Sequence record: MK310184
DNA: 64,000 nt
DNA from: Phage NC-G
Reading direction: 5' to 3' (one strand)
The stretch's first letter is position 1. Each line of letters opens with the position of its first letter. This document shows positions 29,080-37,938 of this stretch, in pieces. The position numbers and the translations under genes are program-made. The notes under the pieces are model-generated. The model did no database searches and was not told where the DNA came from. It saw nothing but the letters and a program-made list of their open reading frames with translations.

Positions 29080-29648
29080 TAAAAATCCAACATTTTTAAA
29101 TGAATTGTTTTATACTCGATTTCGTACGGGTCCCTTTTGACGGTTTCGATTGCAACAATCTCAAATCGCGATAGACTAGAGACCATGAACTCACATTCGG
29201 TTTCAACCATATCATAGAGGTCAATACGGGTTTCATCTATTTCAAGCTCATCCACATTCCCTGCAAGAACAAGGTCGATAGCATGGTTGTAGTAGTCAAA
29301 AATGAAGGGTGCATTCCTGAGACTTAAAATGGTTTTTGTTCCATATTCCCAAGCCCCTGCGAACTGTCGAGCCTGGGAGTATTGAGTACTAAAAGAAGTA
29401 ACTCGACCAGGAGACCATTGACACCCTACTGAAAGGAGCTCTAATTGCTCAAGTTCTCTGGTGGTAATCCCACGATACAACTCTACCGGAACCGCTGAAG
29501 TAACATGCTTGCGAACCAGTTTGTCGAGGTCGTAATGGAAGTTAGGGTCTTTTTTGGCGTCCAGGCATTTTTCTAAAAGATTCTGTTCATGTTTTGAAAA
29601 TTTGGAATTGATTCGGTCTTGATAAAGACATTTTTGTTCGATGTTCAT
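29079..29648 (-). CDS. modB: Mono-ADP-ribosyltransferase (ModA/ModB family)
   Basis: R-S-ExE triad: LYRGIT, SFS, ECEFMV. Confidence 0.65.
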   Translation of the reverse strand: MNIEQKCLYQDRINSKFSKHEQNLLEKCLDAKKDPNFHYDLDKLVRKHVTSAVPVELYRGITTRELEQLELLSVGCQWSPGRVTSFSTQYSQARQFAGAWEYGTKTILSLRNAPFIFDYYNHAIDLVLAGNVDELEIDETRIDLYDMVETECEFMVSSLSRFEIVAIETVKRDPYEIEYKTIHLKMLDF

Positions 29649-29672
29649 ATGACCTCCAGTGATTTAGAGGTC

Positions 29673-29701
29673 ATTATAACATGAAGGGAGGAGGTGTAAA
29701 C
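29673..29701 (-). promoter_or_regulatory. Early promoter cassette
   Basis: GTTTAC, 17 nt, TATAAT. Confidence 0.6.
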
Positions 29702-29946
29702 TACTTAAACACACCAAGTGGGACGCCAAACACTGCAATGTCAGCAGCCATGCCTAATGAGGATTGGGTATATAAAGTATAGGAGCTTTTTGATTCATAA
29801 GAGCTTTTTGTTTCTGGCTTCTCGACTTCAATCTTAGGAGCTTTCGCCTGAATATTTTTTTGCTCGATTTCCCTACGAGCCTGTTTACGGTCGATATCCA
29901 ATGCCGATGTAGGTATATTAGTTAGCCAATTCATTATTTTACCCAA
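29701..29946 (-). CDS. Hypothetical protein
   Basis: 81-aa ORF. Confidence 0.4.
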   Translation of the reverse strand: MGKIMNWLTNIPTSALDIDRKQARREIEQKNIQAKAPKIEVEKPETKSSYESKSSYTLYTQSSLGMAADIAVFGVPLGVFK

Positions 29947-30128
29947 GGGGCCCAGGGTGGAGGGTCTTGATAGTAAGAAGCAAGGTCGCTCAGGACCTCT
30001 TTAGGCAACTTAAAGCCGTGCTTCTGTATAATCATATCAAGTTCATTAACAAGGTCAATAGGCGGCTCCCGAGTTGTTTCAGGCTCAGGGTCCGGGTCCG
30101 GGATGACAAACATATCAAATAAATCCAT
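29934..30128 (-). CDS. Hypothetical protein
   Basis: 64-aa ORF. Confidence 0.4.
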   Translation of the reverse strand: MDLFDMFVIPDPDPEPETTREPPIDLVNELDMIIQKHGFKLPKEVLSDLASYYQDPPPWAPWVK

Positions 30129-30619
30129 TAGTAACCACCGATAGGACCATAACCATACATACGAGCTCGTAGCTTAGCATCACGAATAGCTTCTTCAGTC
30201 GGGGTAAAGCGCAAACCTATATCAAAGTGTTTCCAAATCTGACATTCTACTTCCGTAAGGTCTTCGATGGTAGAAATCAGATATGTGCGACCTTTAAGTC
30301 GTTCAGTGGCCATTTTATCTCTATCTTTATAGAAAATATCCGCAGTACCTTCTGCATATGGGTCCGCCGGATAACGATAGCCTTTTATATGCAAGGCTTG
30401 AGCCACACTAAAAGGGCACCCATCAGCAACATCAACATTTTGATTATGACGTACTTTCATCATAACATTTTCAGGAAGCTTGATATCTTTTAAGCGCGTT
30501 TCTAACTGGGTGATAGAATTCATACCGTTGTCAACAAAGATAAGACACGCCGTAGCATCATAAGGCCGTGTTTGGCCTGATGAATCACGCACATGGAATT
30601 CGAGTTCATAGACTTTCAT
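30128..30619 (-). CDS. Hypothetical protein
   Basis: 163-aa ORF. Confidence 0.5.
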   Translation of the reverse strand: MKVYELEFHVRDSSGQTRPYDATACLIFVDNGMNSITQLETRLKDIKLPENVMMKVRHNQNVDVADGCPFSVAQALHIKGYRYPADPYAEGTADIFYKDRDKMATERLKGRTYLISTIEDLTEVECQIWKHFDIGLRFTPTEEAIRDAKLRARMYGYGPIGGY

Positions 30620-30769
30620 TATGTTTTCCTCTTTTTAGTTTACCTACTAAAGGACCATCCGGAATTTTATTTTCCTGGATGTATTTCTCGTTTTCTTCCA
30701 TCATTTTACTACCAATTTTAAGAAGCAAATCCAGTGCCTCTTTAGCATGTTTTTCAGCCTCTTCAGTAG

Positions 30770-30970
30770 TCATGATTTATCCCCATAGATGTCACACATA
30801 ATCCTAAGGGCTTCGCGTTCTAATTTCTTTTCGCGTTCTTCACGGATACCTTTAAGAATCCATTCTTCGGAGTCGCGTTTCATTTCTGCATTGGCTTGGT
30901 CTAACCAACCATCATCAAGATAATCGCCAGGGCGGTCTAGCCAATCTTTAAGCCATGATAATGGTTTCAT
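30770..30970 (-). CDS. Hypothetical protein
   Basis: 66-aa ORF. Confidence 0.4.
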   Translation of the reverse strand: MKPLSWLKDWLDRPGDYLDDGWLDQANAEMKRDSEEWILKGIREEREKKLEREALRIMCDIYGDKS

Positions 30971-31287
30971 TAATCACACGAGCTAGACGATGAGTCACAG
31001 CTTCCCGAGTCAGAATAAGACGAATCACCGGTCCATGAGCTAGCAACAACCGCTGTGGTCACAATGGTAGAAGCATCTAAATTACTTCTGCTACGTTGCT
31101 CATCTAAACGCGATTGTGCCAGGCGTTTATTTACCTGTTCTATGCGTTGTTGAGCTTCAGGCGTTACTATAACTTCTTCCATCATGCCATCGCCCATGTA
31201 GGTGTATTCCTTTTTAGGAGGTGCTTCAATAGGAACCATTCCTTGGCCTGGGGTAGAAGCAAACAACTCTTTAAGCCACTTAAACAT
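30970..31287 (-). CDS. Hypothetical protein
   Basis: 105-aa ORF. Confidence 0.45.
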   Translation of the reverse strand: MFKWLKELFASTPGQGMVPIEAPPKKEYTYMGDGMMEEVIVTPEAQQRIEQVNKRLAQSRLDEQRSRSNLDASTIVTTAVVASSWTGDSSYSDSGSCDSSSSSCD

Positions 31288-31502
31288 TATAAGAACCCTC
31301 GTACAAATGAGACTTTAGGAAGTGGTTCGTCTTCGAAATCACTACGGATTTCAGCATTAAACTCAACAGAACCGTCTGCGTGCATCATGAAAGAATGCAC
31401 AACAACTTCAGCATACCATAGTTGAAGATCGTATTTCTGTATAACCTGACGAGCAATAACTTCATCTAAGGTTTGATTAGGTTTAATCCAACGATTTAAC
31501 AT
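31287..31502 (-). CDS. Hypothetical protein
   Basis: 71-aa ORF. Confidence 0.45.
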   Translation of the reverse strand: MLNRWIKPNQTLDEVIARQVIQKYDLQLWYAEVVVHSFMMHADGSVEFNAEIRSDFEDEPLPKVSFVRGFL

Positions 31503-31530
31503 AGTGTTCTCCTCTTGTTTTGATAGGACT

Positions 31531-31560
31531 ACTATAACACTGTTTTACAAGGATGTAAAC
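31531..31560 (-). promoter_or_regulatory. Early promoter cassette
   Basis: GTTTAC, 18 nt, TATAGT. Confidence 0.5.
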
Positions 31561-31575
31561 TGTAGAAACGAAAAA

Positions 31576-31597
31576 AGGAATCCCGAAGGATTCCTTA
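31576..31597 (-). terminator. Rho-independent terminator after soc
   Basis: AAGGAATCC-CGAA-GGATTCCTT followed by TTTTTT on the minus strand. Confidence 0.6.
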
Positions 31598-31605
31598 TAA
31601 TTAAC

Positions 31606-31857
31606 TTATGCTTCGGGTCCTGGAGGAACCGGTGCAGGTTCTGGGGTAAACATAGCTTCATTTGCTGTTGCCCAATCATCTGCGGTGTCAACCACAGTAT
31701 CATAGGCTGGTTCTTCAGACGGGAAAGTCTGATAGTGCGCACCTGAGATTCGATGAGCATTAGAATAAACTTCAAATGCAACAGAAACCTCGGTACCTTC
31801 TACTGTACCACCTTCTACTTCATGGTCGAACGTTTTGATATTTACATATCCACCCAT
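31606..31857 (-). CDS. soc: Small outer capsid protein Soc
   Basis: 83 aa; GYVNIKTF...ISGAHYQTFPSE matches T4 Soc from memory. Confidence 0.8.
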   Translation of the reverse strand: MGGYVNIKTFDHEVEGGTVEGTEVSVAFEVYSNAHRISGAHYQTFPSEEPAYDTVVDTADDWATANEAMFTPEPAPVPPGPEA

Positions 31858-31885
31858 AATTTACTCCTTTAGTTAATTACAGGTG

Positions 31886-31893
31886 TATTTATA
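31886..31893 (-). promoter_or_regulatory. T4-type late promoter for soc
   Basis: TATAAATA on the minus strand about 28 nt upstream of the soc start. Confidence 0.55.
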
Positions 31894-31895
31894 TC

Positions 31896-32417
31896 TTAAT
31901 ATCCATTATCCTGGCGTTCAAAATTATGTTTGTTCTTCAGGTAGTACAATTTAAAGATTTCTTCAGCAGTAAGACCAAGACCTTGGAACATATTCAGAAC
32001 GAAATGGAGAATATCAATCATTTCAAATTTGATTTCAAGCTGGTCTTCAGGAGACAGTTCATCGATACGACGATTTCGATATTCAGCATGTTGCGCCTTC
32101 CACGGCTTCCATACACTGCTGGCGGCTTTTTCACCATTGCTCATACCACCAAGTGAAGTCAGCAGTTCACGGAATTCATCATCAATATAATCTTTCTGAT
32201 TACGTAGCCAATCAACAACATCACCAGCAGTGGCCAATTCATCAGGATGTTTGTTATGTTCAGGCTTGTCATTTGCCAGACGAACCTGTAAAGATTTCTG
32301 CATATCAAGCATTACCTGCAACGGGTCTTTATCTTCGTGAATAAGAGCATTAAAATAAGCTTCTTCAGCTTTATCAACACCAGCAATCAGTTGTGAACAT
32401 TCGTTAAAGTGCGCCAT
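31896..32417 (-). CDS. 56: dCTP pyrophosphatase gp56
   Basis: Start at MAHFNEC; ...DPLQVMLDMQ...ETAGDVV.W.R.QKD.IDDEFRELLTSLG...LYYLKNK.NF.RQD.GY matches T4 gp56 from memory. Confidence 0.9.
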   Translation of the reverse strand: MAHFNECSQLIAGVDKAEEAYFNALIHEDKDPLQVMLDMQKSLQVRLANDKPEHNKHPDELATAGDVVDWLRNQKDYIDDEFRELLTSLGGMSNGEKAASSVWKPWKAQHAEYRNRRIDELSPEDQLEIKFEMIDILHFVLNMFQGLGLTAEEIFKLYYLKNKHNFERQDNGY

Positions 32418-32452
32418 TTTATTTCCTTTCAATTCATGTTTAAGAGATGATA

Positions 32453-32480
32453 ATTATAACAAACCCGATAGAAAGCATAA
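32453..32480 (-). promoter_or_regulatory. Candidate MotA-dependent middle promoter upstream of gene 56
   Basis: Minus strand ATGCTTTCT (MotA-box-like), 12 nt, TATAAT. Confidence 0.4.
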
Positions 32481-32698
32481 ATAGTCCTAACGTAGGAGGA
32501 TTTATGGGAACTGTGTTCTATCAAATCTGGAAGTTAGTAGATAAAGAATCTCGTAAGTTGATATTCTTTTTCTCACTATAGACGTTTTAGTATGGAACCT
32601 GGTAATAGTTCCATTAGCGGCAACTCAAGCTATTATATTACTACAAGTAGAGTTGCAGCATATACTCTCAATAATCAACGCAATTGGAGTTAATTTGC

Positions 32699-32896
32699 AT
32701 GCTTAAGTTACCTGCACTACTTATGGCCATTAAAGGCAATAAAAAGAAGACTATCCTGGCCTCTATTATAGCAGGAGGTATTGTTTCTTGGAACTTTGTT
32801 TTTGCGCCGTTGTTAGTTGCCCATGGGCTCGCTGTTCCTGTAATCCCTTTAGATACAGTAGTAGATTTAGCCTTTGCATTTGTGGGGTTAGTATAA
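32699..32896 (+). CDS. Small membrane protein on the opposite strand, 65 aa
   Basis: MLKLPALLMAIKG...; GGAG ribosome-binding site; followed by its own terminator; embedded between minus-strand genes 56 and 61. Confidence 0.4.
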   Translation: MLKLPALLMAIKGNKKKTILASIIAGGIVSWNFVFAPLLVAHGLAVPVIPLDTVVDLAFAFVGLV

Positions 32897-32898
32897 GA

Positions 32899-32924
32899 AT
32901 AGGGAGGAAACTCCCTATATTTTA
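32899..32924 (+). terminator. Hairpin terminator after the plus-strand small gene
   Basis: ATAGGGAG-GAAA-CTCCCTAT followed by ATTTT; overlaps the gene 61 stop codon. Confidence 0.45.
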
Positions 32925-33943
32925 GAATATTTACTTAAACGCATTTTTGCCATTAAACCTTGTGCGATATTCTCTTTCATATAAGAAAGGATATCGTTTA
33001 TATTGGCTTTATCTTTCATAACCATATCATTTATATCTTTAGAAGGCCATGGGGCCTTGTCCCAGAACAGAACCCTTTCGCCTGCATCAACTAATCGTTG
33101 CATACGCTTAATTGTGTCAGGATGGCGGGGTTCATTGTCCATTACCCAGGCACGAGTTTCTTTACATGGAACTATAGCCAAGTCCAACGACCCACCAGTA
33201 ATTGCTATTGCATTCGGTACGAATAATGAATCGATAGGACCTTCCATTACCCACACCAATTGACGTTCATCCACAGTATCCATTCCATATATTTTTGTGG
33301 CTTGGTCATGAGCTTTTATTGTAATATATTTTTGTGGAGCATCTTTACGTAAGGCTCGACCCTGAAAACTTTCTATTTGTTTATCCTTATTGAAAATAGG
33401 AATAACCAAACGTGGTTCAGGCATTTCTTTGGAATAGGTCCCTGGATTAACCGAGTTCACCAATGCGGGCCATTCTTTAGTAAACCACAGCCGATTCCAT
33501 TTGTTTTCAGGAATGCAACGTAGTGTCACATATTTGATAATAGGATGGTCCTTCGGCATTCTATCTAATCGTTCACAGAAATTAAGCTTTTCGATGACAG
33601 GCATCTTAGCTTTAATTTTTTCAGATATCTCCACCTTAGGTGCAGCTTGTCTCCCGAACGATTGCTCTTTATGTTTCTCAAGAATATATTCGCGATATAA
33701 ATCAGGCTCGTATTCGTATAGATACTTCTTAATTCCTGCTGAATAGTCACAGTTAAAACAGTGTAGCATTACAGAGCCGTCGTTAGCAGGATAGGCCCAA
33801 AAACGAGCTTTGTTCTCATCTTTTAGGGAGTCGCCACATACACGACAACGACAGTTTAATTTAAAATCACTACCAGTTACTTGTCTGAATTTAGGTTGGT
33901 AATTCAAGGCACGTACAGCAAATTCTCTATCGACATATGACAT
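32915..33943 (-). CDS. 61: DNA primase gp61
   Basis: 342 aa, same length as T4 gp61; zinc-finger CRCRVCGDS and C-terminal ...WVLDNEPRHPDTIKRM..LVDAGERV.FWDK...AQGLMAKMRLSKY.KI. Confidence 0.9.
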   Translation of the reverse strand: MSYVDREFAVRALNYQPKFRQVTGSDFKLNCRCRVCGDSLKDENKARFWAYPANDGSVMLHCFNCDYSAGIKKYLYEYEPDLYREYILEKHKEQSFGRQAAPKVEISEKIKAKMPVIEKLNFCERLDRMPKDHPIIKYVTLRCIPENKWNRLWFTKEWPALVNSVNPGTYSKEMPEPRLVIPIFNKDKQIESFQGRALRKDAPQKYITIKAHDQATKIYGMDTVDERQLVWVMEGPIDSLFVPNAIAITGGSLDLAIVPCKETRAWVMDNEPRHPDTIKRMQRLVDAGERVLFWDKAPWPSKDINDMVMKDKANINDILSYMKENIAQGLMAKMRLSKYSKI

Positions 33944-34159
33944 TATTTTTCCTTGGGCTCTAAATTAATAGAGCCATTATATCATTCGTTTTCGGATTTT
34001 TCTTTACGCTTTTTAGATGGGATTTGTTCAGGCCCTTTGTTGACGACTGCACCTGAGGTAGTTCCGGAGGCAATATTAGATGGGTTTCCACCTGCATCGC
34101 CTGCGACCATATCTTCGTTCATAACTTCTTTAAAAGATTTCATAGGCTCCTGGCCTTAT

Positions 34160-34351
34160 TTATATTACGAAAATAGCTTTGTCACCGTTGGCGTCAGTGA
34201 CTTCGTACGTATCTTCGTGGTAAAGTGGGATAATCCAGGTCACACCATCATCAGCAATAACATGGATAGCTTCTTGGTCTTTTGATACGATTTCATATTC
34301 TTCGAATAATTCGAATACAGAAATCTTAGAGCCCGTACACATTGCAGTCAT
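34160..34351 (-). CDS. Hypothetical protein
   Basis: 63-aa ORF. Confidence 0.4.
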   Translation of the reverse strand: MTAMCTGSKISVFELFEEYEIVSKDQEAIHVIADDGVTWIIPLYHEDTYEVTDANGDKAIFVI

Positions 34352-34352
34352 A

Positions 34353-34793
34353 TTAACCTCGGTTCATAAAGGCATTAAAAATCTGGTCGTCAATTGAATA
34401 AACTGGAGCTTCCAGAATTTTCAACAGGCTATTTTTGATATACTTGCTAGGGATATCCATATTAACGCAGTCGTTCAATTCGTTGTCAGGGAGGATATCT
34501 TTAAATTCGAATCCTTCAAATTCAACCTTGTCGGGAAAACCATCAGCGAAAAAATAAACCAATTGGTGCATTGTATTGCGCGAAAATAATTTAGACTTAA
34601 CTGCAATAAGTTCTTGCCATTGGTTTAATTCTTTGTTAAGAAGTTTATGGGCAAATACAATCCTATCATCGCTATCAACAATAAAATAACCCAGGTATTT
34701 ATGGTCGTCGCTCCAAAACATCCTGTATGCTTGTGCATTTGGATTTTTACAACGAAGTTTTTTGATAACCAAATTTCTGTTAATCTTATTCAC
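34353..34793 (-). CDS. Hypothetical protein (61.1 region)
   Basis: 146-aa ORF. Confidence 0.5.
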   Translation of the reverse strand: MNKINRNLVIKKLRCKNPNAQAYRMFWSDDHKYLGYFIVDSDDRIVFAHKLLNKELNQWQELIAVKSKLFSRNTMHQLVYFFADGFPDKVEFEGFEFKDILPDNELNDCVNMDIPSKYIKNSLLKILEAPVYSIDDQIFNAFMNRG

Positions 34794-35079
34794 CTGTTAC
34801 CTCTTTAACGATATTTTTGTTATCGAAATTGGCATCACAGTACAGAACATAGTTATACTGCATAACACCGCTAGAAGCCAATTGGTCAGATACTTCTTTA
34901 ACCATATCAGGACGGTCGCGTTTAGTGATGTTCATGATATCAGCATAAATCTGATGTTCAACTGATTCTTGGTCTGCAGTCATTGACCATTCACAAAGGT
35001 CTTTATCCAGTCCGGCTGTAACTGGAGCTGTACCACATGATGCTACTATAAGGATTGCTGCGATTAATAACTTTTTCAT
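34786..35079 (-). CDS. sp: Spackle (Sp) periplasmic superinfection-exclusion protein
   Basis: Start at MKKLLIAAIL; AGLDKDLCEWSMTADQ...IMNI.KRDRP.M...GVMQYNYVLYCD.NF.NKNI..EV.GE matches T4 Sp (97 aa) from memory. Confidence 0.8.
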   Translation of the reverse strand: MKKLLIAAILIVASCGTAPVTAGLDKDLCEWSMTADQESVEHQIYADIMNITKRDRPDMVKEVSDQLASSGVMQYNYVLYCDANFDNKNIVKEVTGE

Positions 35080-35107
35080 TTTTAACTCCTCGTTAGTTGA
35101 TAGGTCT

Positions 35108-35138
35108 ATAGTATCATTTACCATAGACCGTTGTAAAC
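35108..35138 (-). promoter_or_regulatory. Early promoter cassette
   Basis: GTTTAC, about 19 nt, TACTAT; conserved 23-nt core. Confidence 0.5.
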
Positions 35139-35140
35139 AC

Positions 35141-35488
35141 TTATTTTACTTTAGCGTAATCTAAAGTTACTAACTGTGATTCCATTATCAGACGACGTTG
35201 ACGACGGAGAACCTCACCACCAACATAAGCACGAAAAGCTTTTTTGCACTGACGAATCTGGCGCTTAGTAGGACGAACAGTAAATTCGTAGAACTCTACA
35301 AAATCCATTTCGCCTTTAGTTTCCTGAGAAAGGACAAGTTCCCAGCGACTGTTAATACGATCTGCATAAATCTTATGCTTACCGAAAGACCTGTCCCAAA
35401 AGCCACTTTTAACAGGCTTCATAATTTGAATATTCATTTTATTCCTCGTCTTCATGTTTATGAGCAATTTCTTCGAATTCACTGTCAC
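35141..35488 (-). CDS. Hypothetical basic protein (start uncertain)
   Basis: 115-aa ORF. Confidence 0.4.
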   Translation of the reverse strand: MTVNSKKLLINMKTRNKMNIQIMKPVKSGFWDRSFGKHKIYADRINSRWELVLSQETKGEMDFVEFYEFTVRPTKRQIRQCKKAFRAYVGGEVLRRQRRLIMESQLVTLDYAKVK

Positions 35489-35579
35489 AGTCTAAACAAG
35501 TCGCATTATCATACGCGTCAAAAACGGCTTCGTCTTCATAGACACTACAGCCGCACACTACACATTCTACTTCTTCCAT

Positions 35580-35783
35580 TTAGATTTCCTCAATACGGGC
35601 ATCATATTCAAAAACTTTATTGTCATTAACAAAGGCTTTCACCAGCGCATTATTCACTTCTGCATACTGCACTGTAACCCATTCAATCATATTTTGGTCA
35701 CTAACATCCAGCGCAGTTTCTTTGGTAAACATATTACCGTTTTCAAACCAACCAATAAATACTACGATCTCTAATTTAAACAT
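35580..35783 (-). CDS. dmd: Dmd-like antitoxin (discriminator of mRNA degradation; inhibits host RnlA/LsoA)
   Basis: 67 aa; FIGWFENGNMFTKE...VQYAEVNNALVKAFVNDNKV resembles T4 Dmd (60 aa) from memory. Confidence 0.7.
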   Translation of the reverse strand: MFKLEIVVFIGWFENGNMFTKETALDVSDQNMIEWVTVQYAEVNNALVKAFVNDNKVFEYDARIEEI

Positions 35784-36101
35784 TTAGATTTCCTCGCAGA
35801 AGGCCCATTCAGCATGATAAACCGTAGCGCCTTTAGTATCATTTAAACAAACCACATCCACCGGAGCAATTACGCGATAAAGACGAGGTTCTCCTCCCAC
35901 TGAACGAGCAGCTCGTCCAGCATAAATCTTAGCCAAACCGATGTCCTCAGTAAAGAATACACGATTCAGGTTTTTCTTACGACCAGTTTCAGACAGAACT
36001 CCTGTTTCCTCAGGAGGACAAAGCATATTACCAATATTAGCAACACTACAACTTCCGTGATAATACACTTTATATTCTGCTTTACAGTCGATGGTTTTCA
36101 T
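35784..36101 (-). CDS. Hypothetical protein
   Basis: Track ORF begins at a TTG; ATG (MKTIDC) with GGAG ribosome-binding site is the likelier start. Confidence 0.45.
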   Translation of the reverse strand: MKTIDCKAEYKVYYHGSCSVANIGNMLCPPEETGVLSETGRKKNLNRVFFTEDIGLAKIYAGRAARSVGGEPRLYRVIAPVDVVCLNDTKGATVYHAEWAFCEEI

Positions 36102-36125
36102 TTTGTTCTCCAAGTTGATAGGTCT

Positions 36126-36154
36126 ATAGTATCATGCCTACAGGAGAAGTAAAC
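36126..36154 (-). promoter_or_regulatory. Early promoter cassette
   Basis: GTTTAC, 17 nt, TACTAT; conserved core; inverted repeat TTCTCC / GGAGAA. Confidence 0.6.
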
Positions 36155-36159
36155 CCTTA

Positions 36160-36185
36160 AAACAAAAAAAGGAGCCGAAGCTCCT
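36160..36185 (-). terminator. Rho-independent terminator after gene 41
   Basis: AGGAGC-CGAA-GCTCCT overlapping the gene 41 stop, followed by TTTTTTT. Confidence 0.6.
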
Positions 36186-37624
36186 TAAAATTTTATAGAT
36201 GCTGCCAAATCGTCCAAATCGCTTCTATTAACACGCGACTGGCGATTGACTTCGGCTTGGCGATTCATTTCACCTGTAGCCTCACGAACGGTGTTCACAG
36301 GGCCTTGGTTAGAATCGTCTTCAACTTCATACCAACGCTGGTTTCCTTTCTTAACACCAATCTTAAATTTGTTGTAGTAGCTCTTATCACCATAACGAGA
36401 TTTAAGCTGCTTAATCATCTGCATACCCATCTGGGCAAACTCTTCTGTCTCGACCACACCTAACATGAAGTCTGCAGTATGTGCAATACCAAAAGATTCA
36501 GCGATATCAGCCATATCGATTTCGGCAGCAACGTTTGCACCACGAGTAGTCTGGGCCGCCGTCCACAACAATAATTTCTTCTCTACTGCAAGGCCACGTA
36601 GTTCTTCGGCAACCATCTTAATCAATCCGTAACTGTTTTCAGAGAAAACTTTCGTACGGGATGAAGCACAGATAGCCAAGTAGTCGACGATAACGACCTG
36701 TGGAACAAAGTTTTGTTTGAGCTTGTATTCGTTTAATAATGCACGGAATGTATCGGCATTAGCACCACCGGTAGGATACTGTTTAATCTTTAAACGACCT
36801 AAAGTAGCAGTTGAACGCCACTTATCCATCTTAGCTTTATATTCAGGCCATGAGACGTGACCATCATCGATATCATCCAGCGATACATCCAGAAGGTTAG
36901 CATCGATACGCTTAGCACATACTTCTTCTGCCATCTCCATGGAGATATAAAGAACATCGTAACCGGATTGAAGGTAATCAGCAGCCAATGAACATAGTCC
37001 AAGAGACTTACCTACGTTTGTTCCTGCCAACAATACGTTTTCAGTACCAAACTCAGCGCCACCCTTAGTAATCTTATTCAGAATATTAAGACGGAATGGA
37101 ACCTTACGTGCTTTATCAGAATAACTTTTGAATCGTTCTTCATAGTCATCCATCCAGTCATGGCCTAATTCAGAATCGAAACAAATCGATAATGCATCAC
37201 GCATGATATCCGGAATAGCACCGATACCTGGGAGTTTTCTATTTTGTTGCTCAACCGGAAGGTCGGCATTAGTTTGAATTTCAATAATTTTTGAAGTGGC
37301 ATTATACATCGCTGCCTTCTGAACATATTTCTCTGTCTCTTTAACCAACCATTCTTGGTCTTCAGGGCCTGCATTCAGAGAATTTAAAAGCTCTTTAGCT
37401 CCTTGGTGTTCGACTTCTGAAAGGGTGCTGTTATCTAATGCAATACTCAAAGCATTTTTAGAAGGCACCGCATTATATTCATTGACATGTTTTTTGATTT
37501 CTTTGAAAAGGGTCTTTGCCGGGCCCTGGTCAAAATAAGAATCATTCATATAAGGCCAGACCTTAGTGAAATAATCACTATTGCCTAGCAGTTGAGCCAA
37601 AATAGTTTCTACCACTTCCACCAC
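36185..37624 (-). CDS. 41: Replicative DNA helicase gp41 (DnaB-like)
   Basis: 479 aa (T4 gp41 475 aa); Walker A LLAGTNVGKSLGL. Confidence 0.9.
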   Translation of the reverse strand: MVEVVETILAQLLGNSDYFTKVWPYMNDSYFDQGPAKTLFKEIKKHVNEYNAVPSKNALSIALDNSTLSEVEHQGAKELLNSLNAGPEDQEWLVKETEKYVQKAAMYNATSKIIEIQTNADLPVEQQNRKLPGIGAIPDIMRDALSICFDSELGHDWMDDYEERFKSYSDKARKVPFRLNILNKITKGGAEFGTENVLLAGTNVGKSLGLCSLAADYLQSGYDVLYISMEMAEEVCAKRIDANLLDVSLDDIDDGHVSWPEYKAKMDKWRSTATLGRLKIKQYPTGGANADTFRALLNEYKLKQNFVPQVVIVDYLAICASSRTKVFSENSYGLIKMVAEELRGLAVEKKLLLWTAAQTTRGANVAAEIDMADIAESFGIAHTADFMLGVVETEEFAQMGMQMIKQLKSRYGDKSYYNKFKIGVKKGNQRWYEVEDDSNQGPVNTVREATGEMNRQAEVNRQSRVNRSDLDDLAASIKF

Positions 37625-37938
37625 CTCTTAGATTTAATTTTATCCAGTTCTTCTTGTATTTGCATTGTAACACATTTTTCTACATGAAGCGCTAGCTCTT
37701 CTTTTCGGTCTTCGGAAGGCGTTCCGAAATCAACCGACACTTTTCCATCTTTCTCAATAACAATATTCATCACATAAACGATGTGAGCAGTGCCATCGGG
37801 TAATGTAAGCATAATTTCCTGCTTAACAGAACCCATTGACTTACGGATTATATCTAACGATTTCTCATAATAACGAGGGTCACTAGGACCCTCTTCAGTA
37901 TCTTTAACAAAATTATCTAAATCAGATAAATCAGTCAT
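37609..37938 (-). CDS. 40: Protein at the gene 40 position
   Basis: 109 aa; synteny between 41 and uvsX. Confidence 0.5.
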   Translation of the reverse strand: MTDLSDLDNFVKDTEEGPSDPRYYEKSLDIIRKSMGSVKQEIMLTLPDGTAHIVYVMNIVIEKDGKVSVDFGTPSEDRKEELALHVEKCVTMQIQEELDKIKSKRWWKW

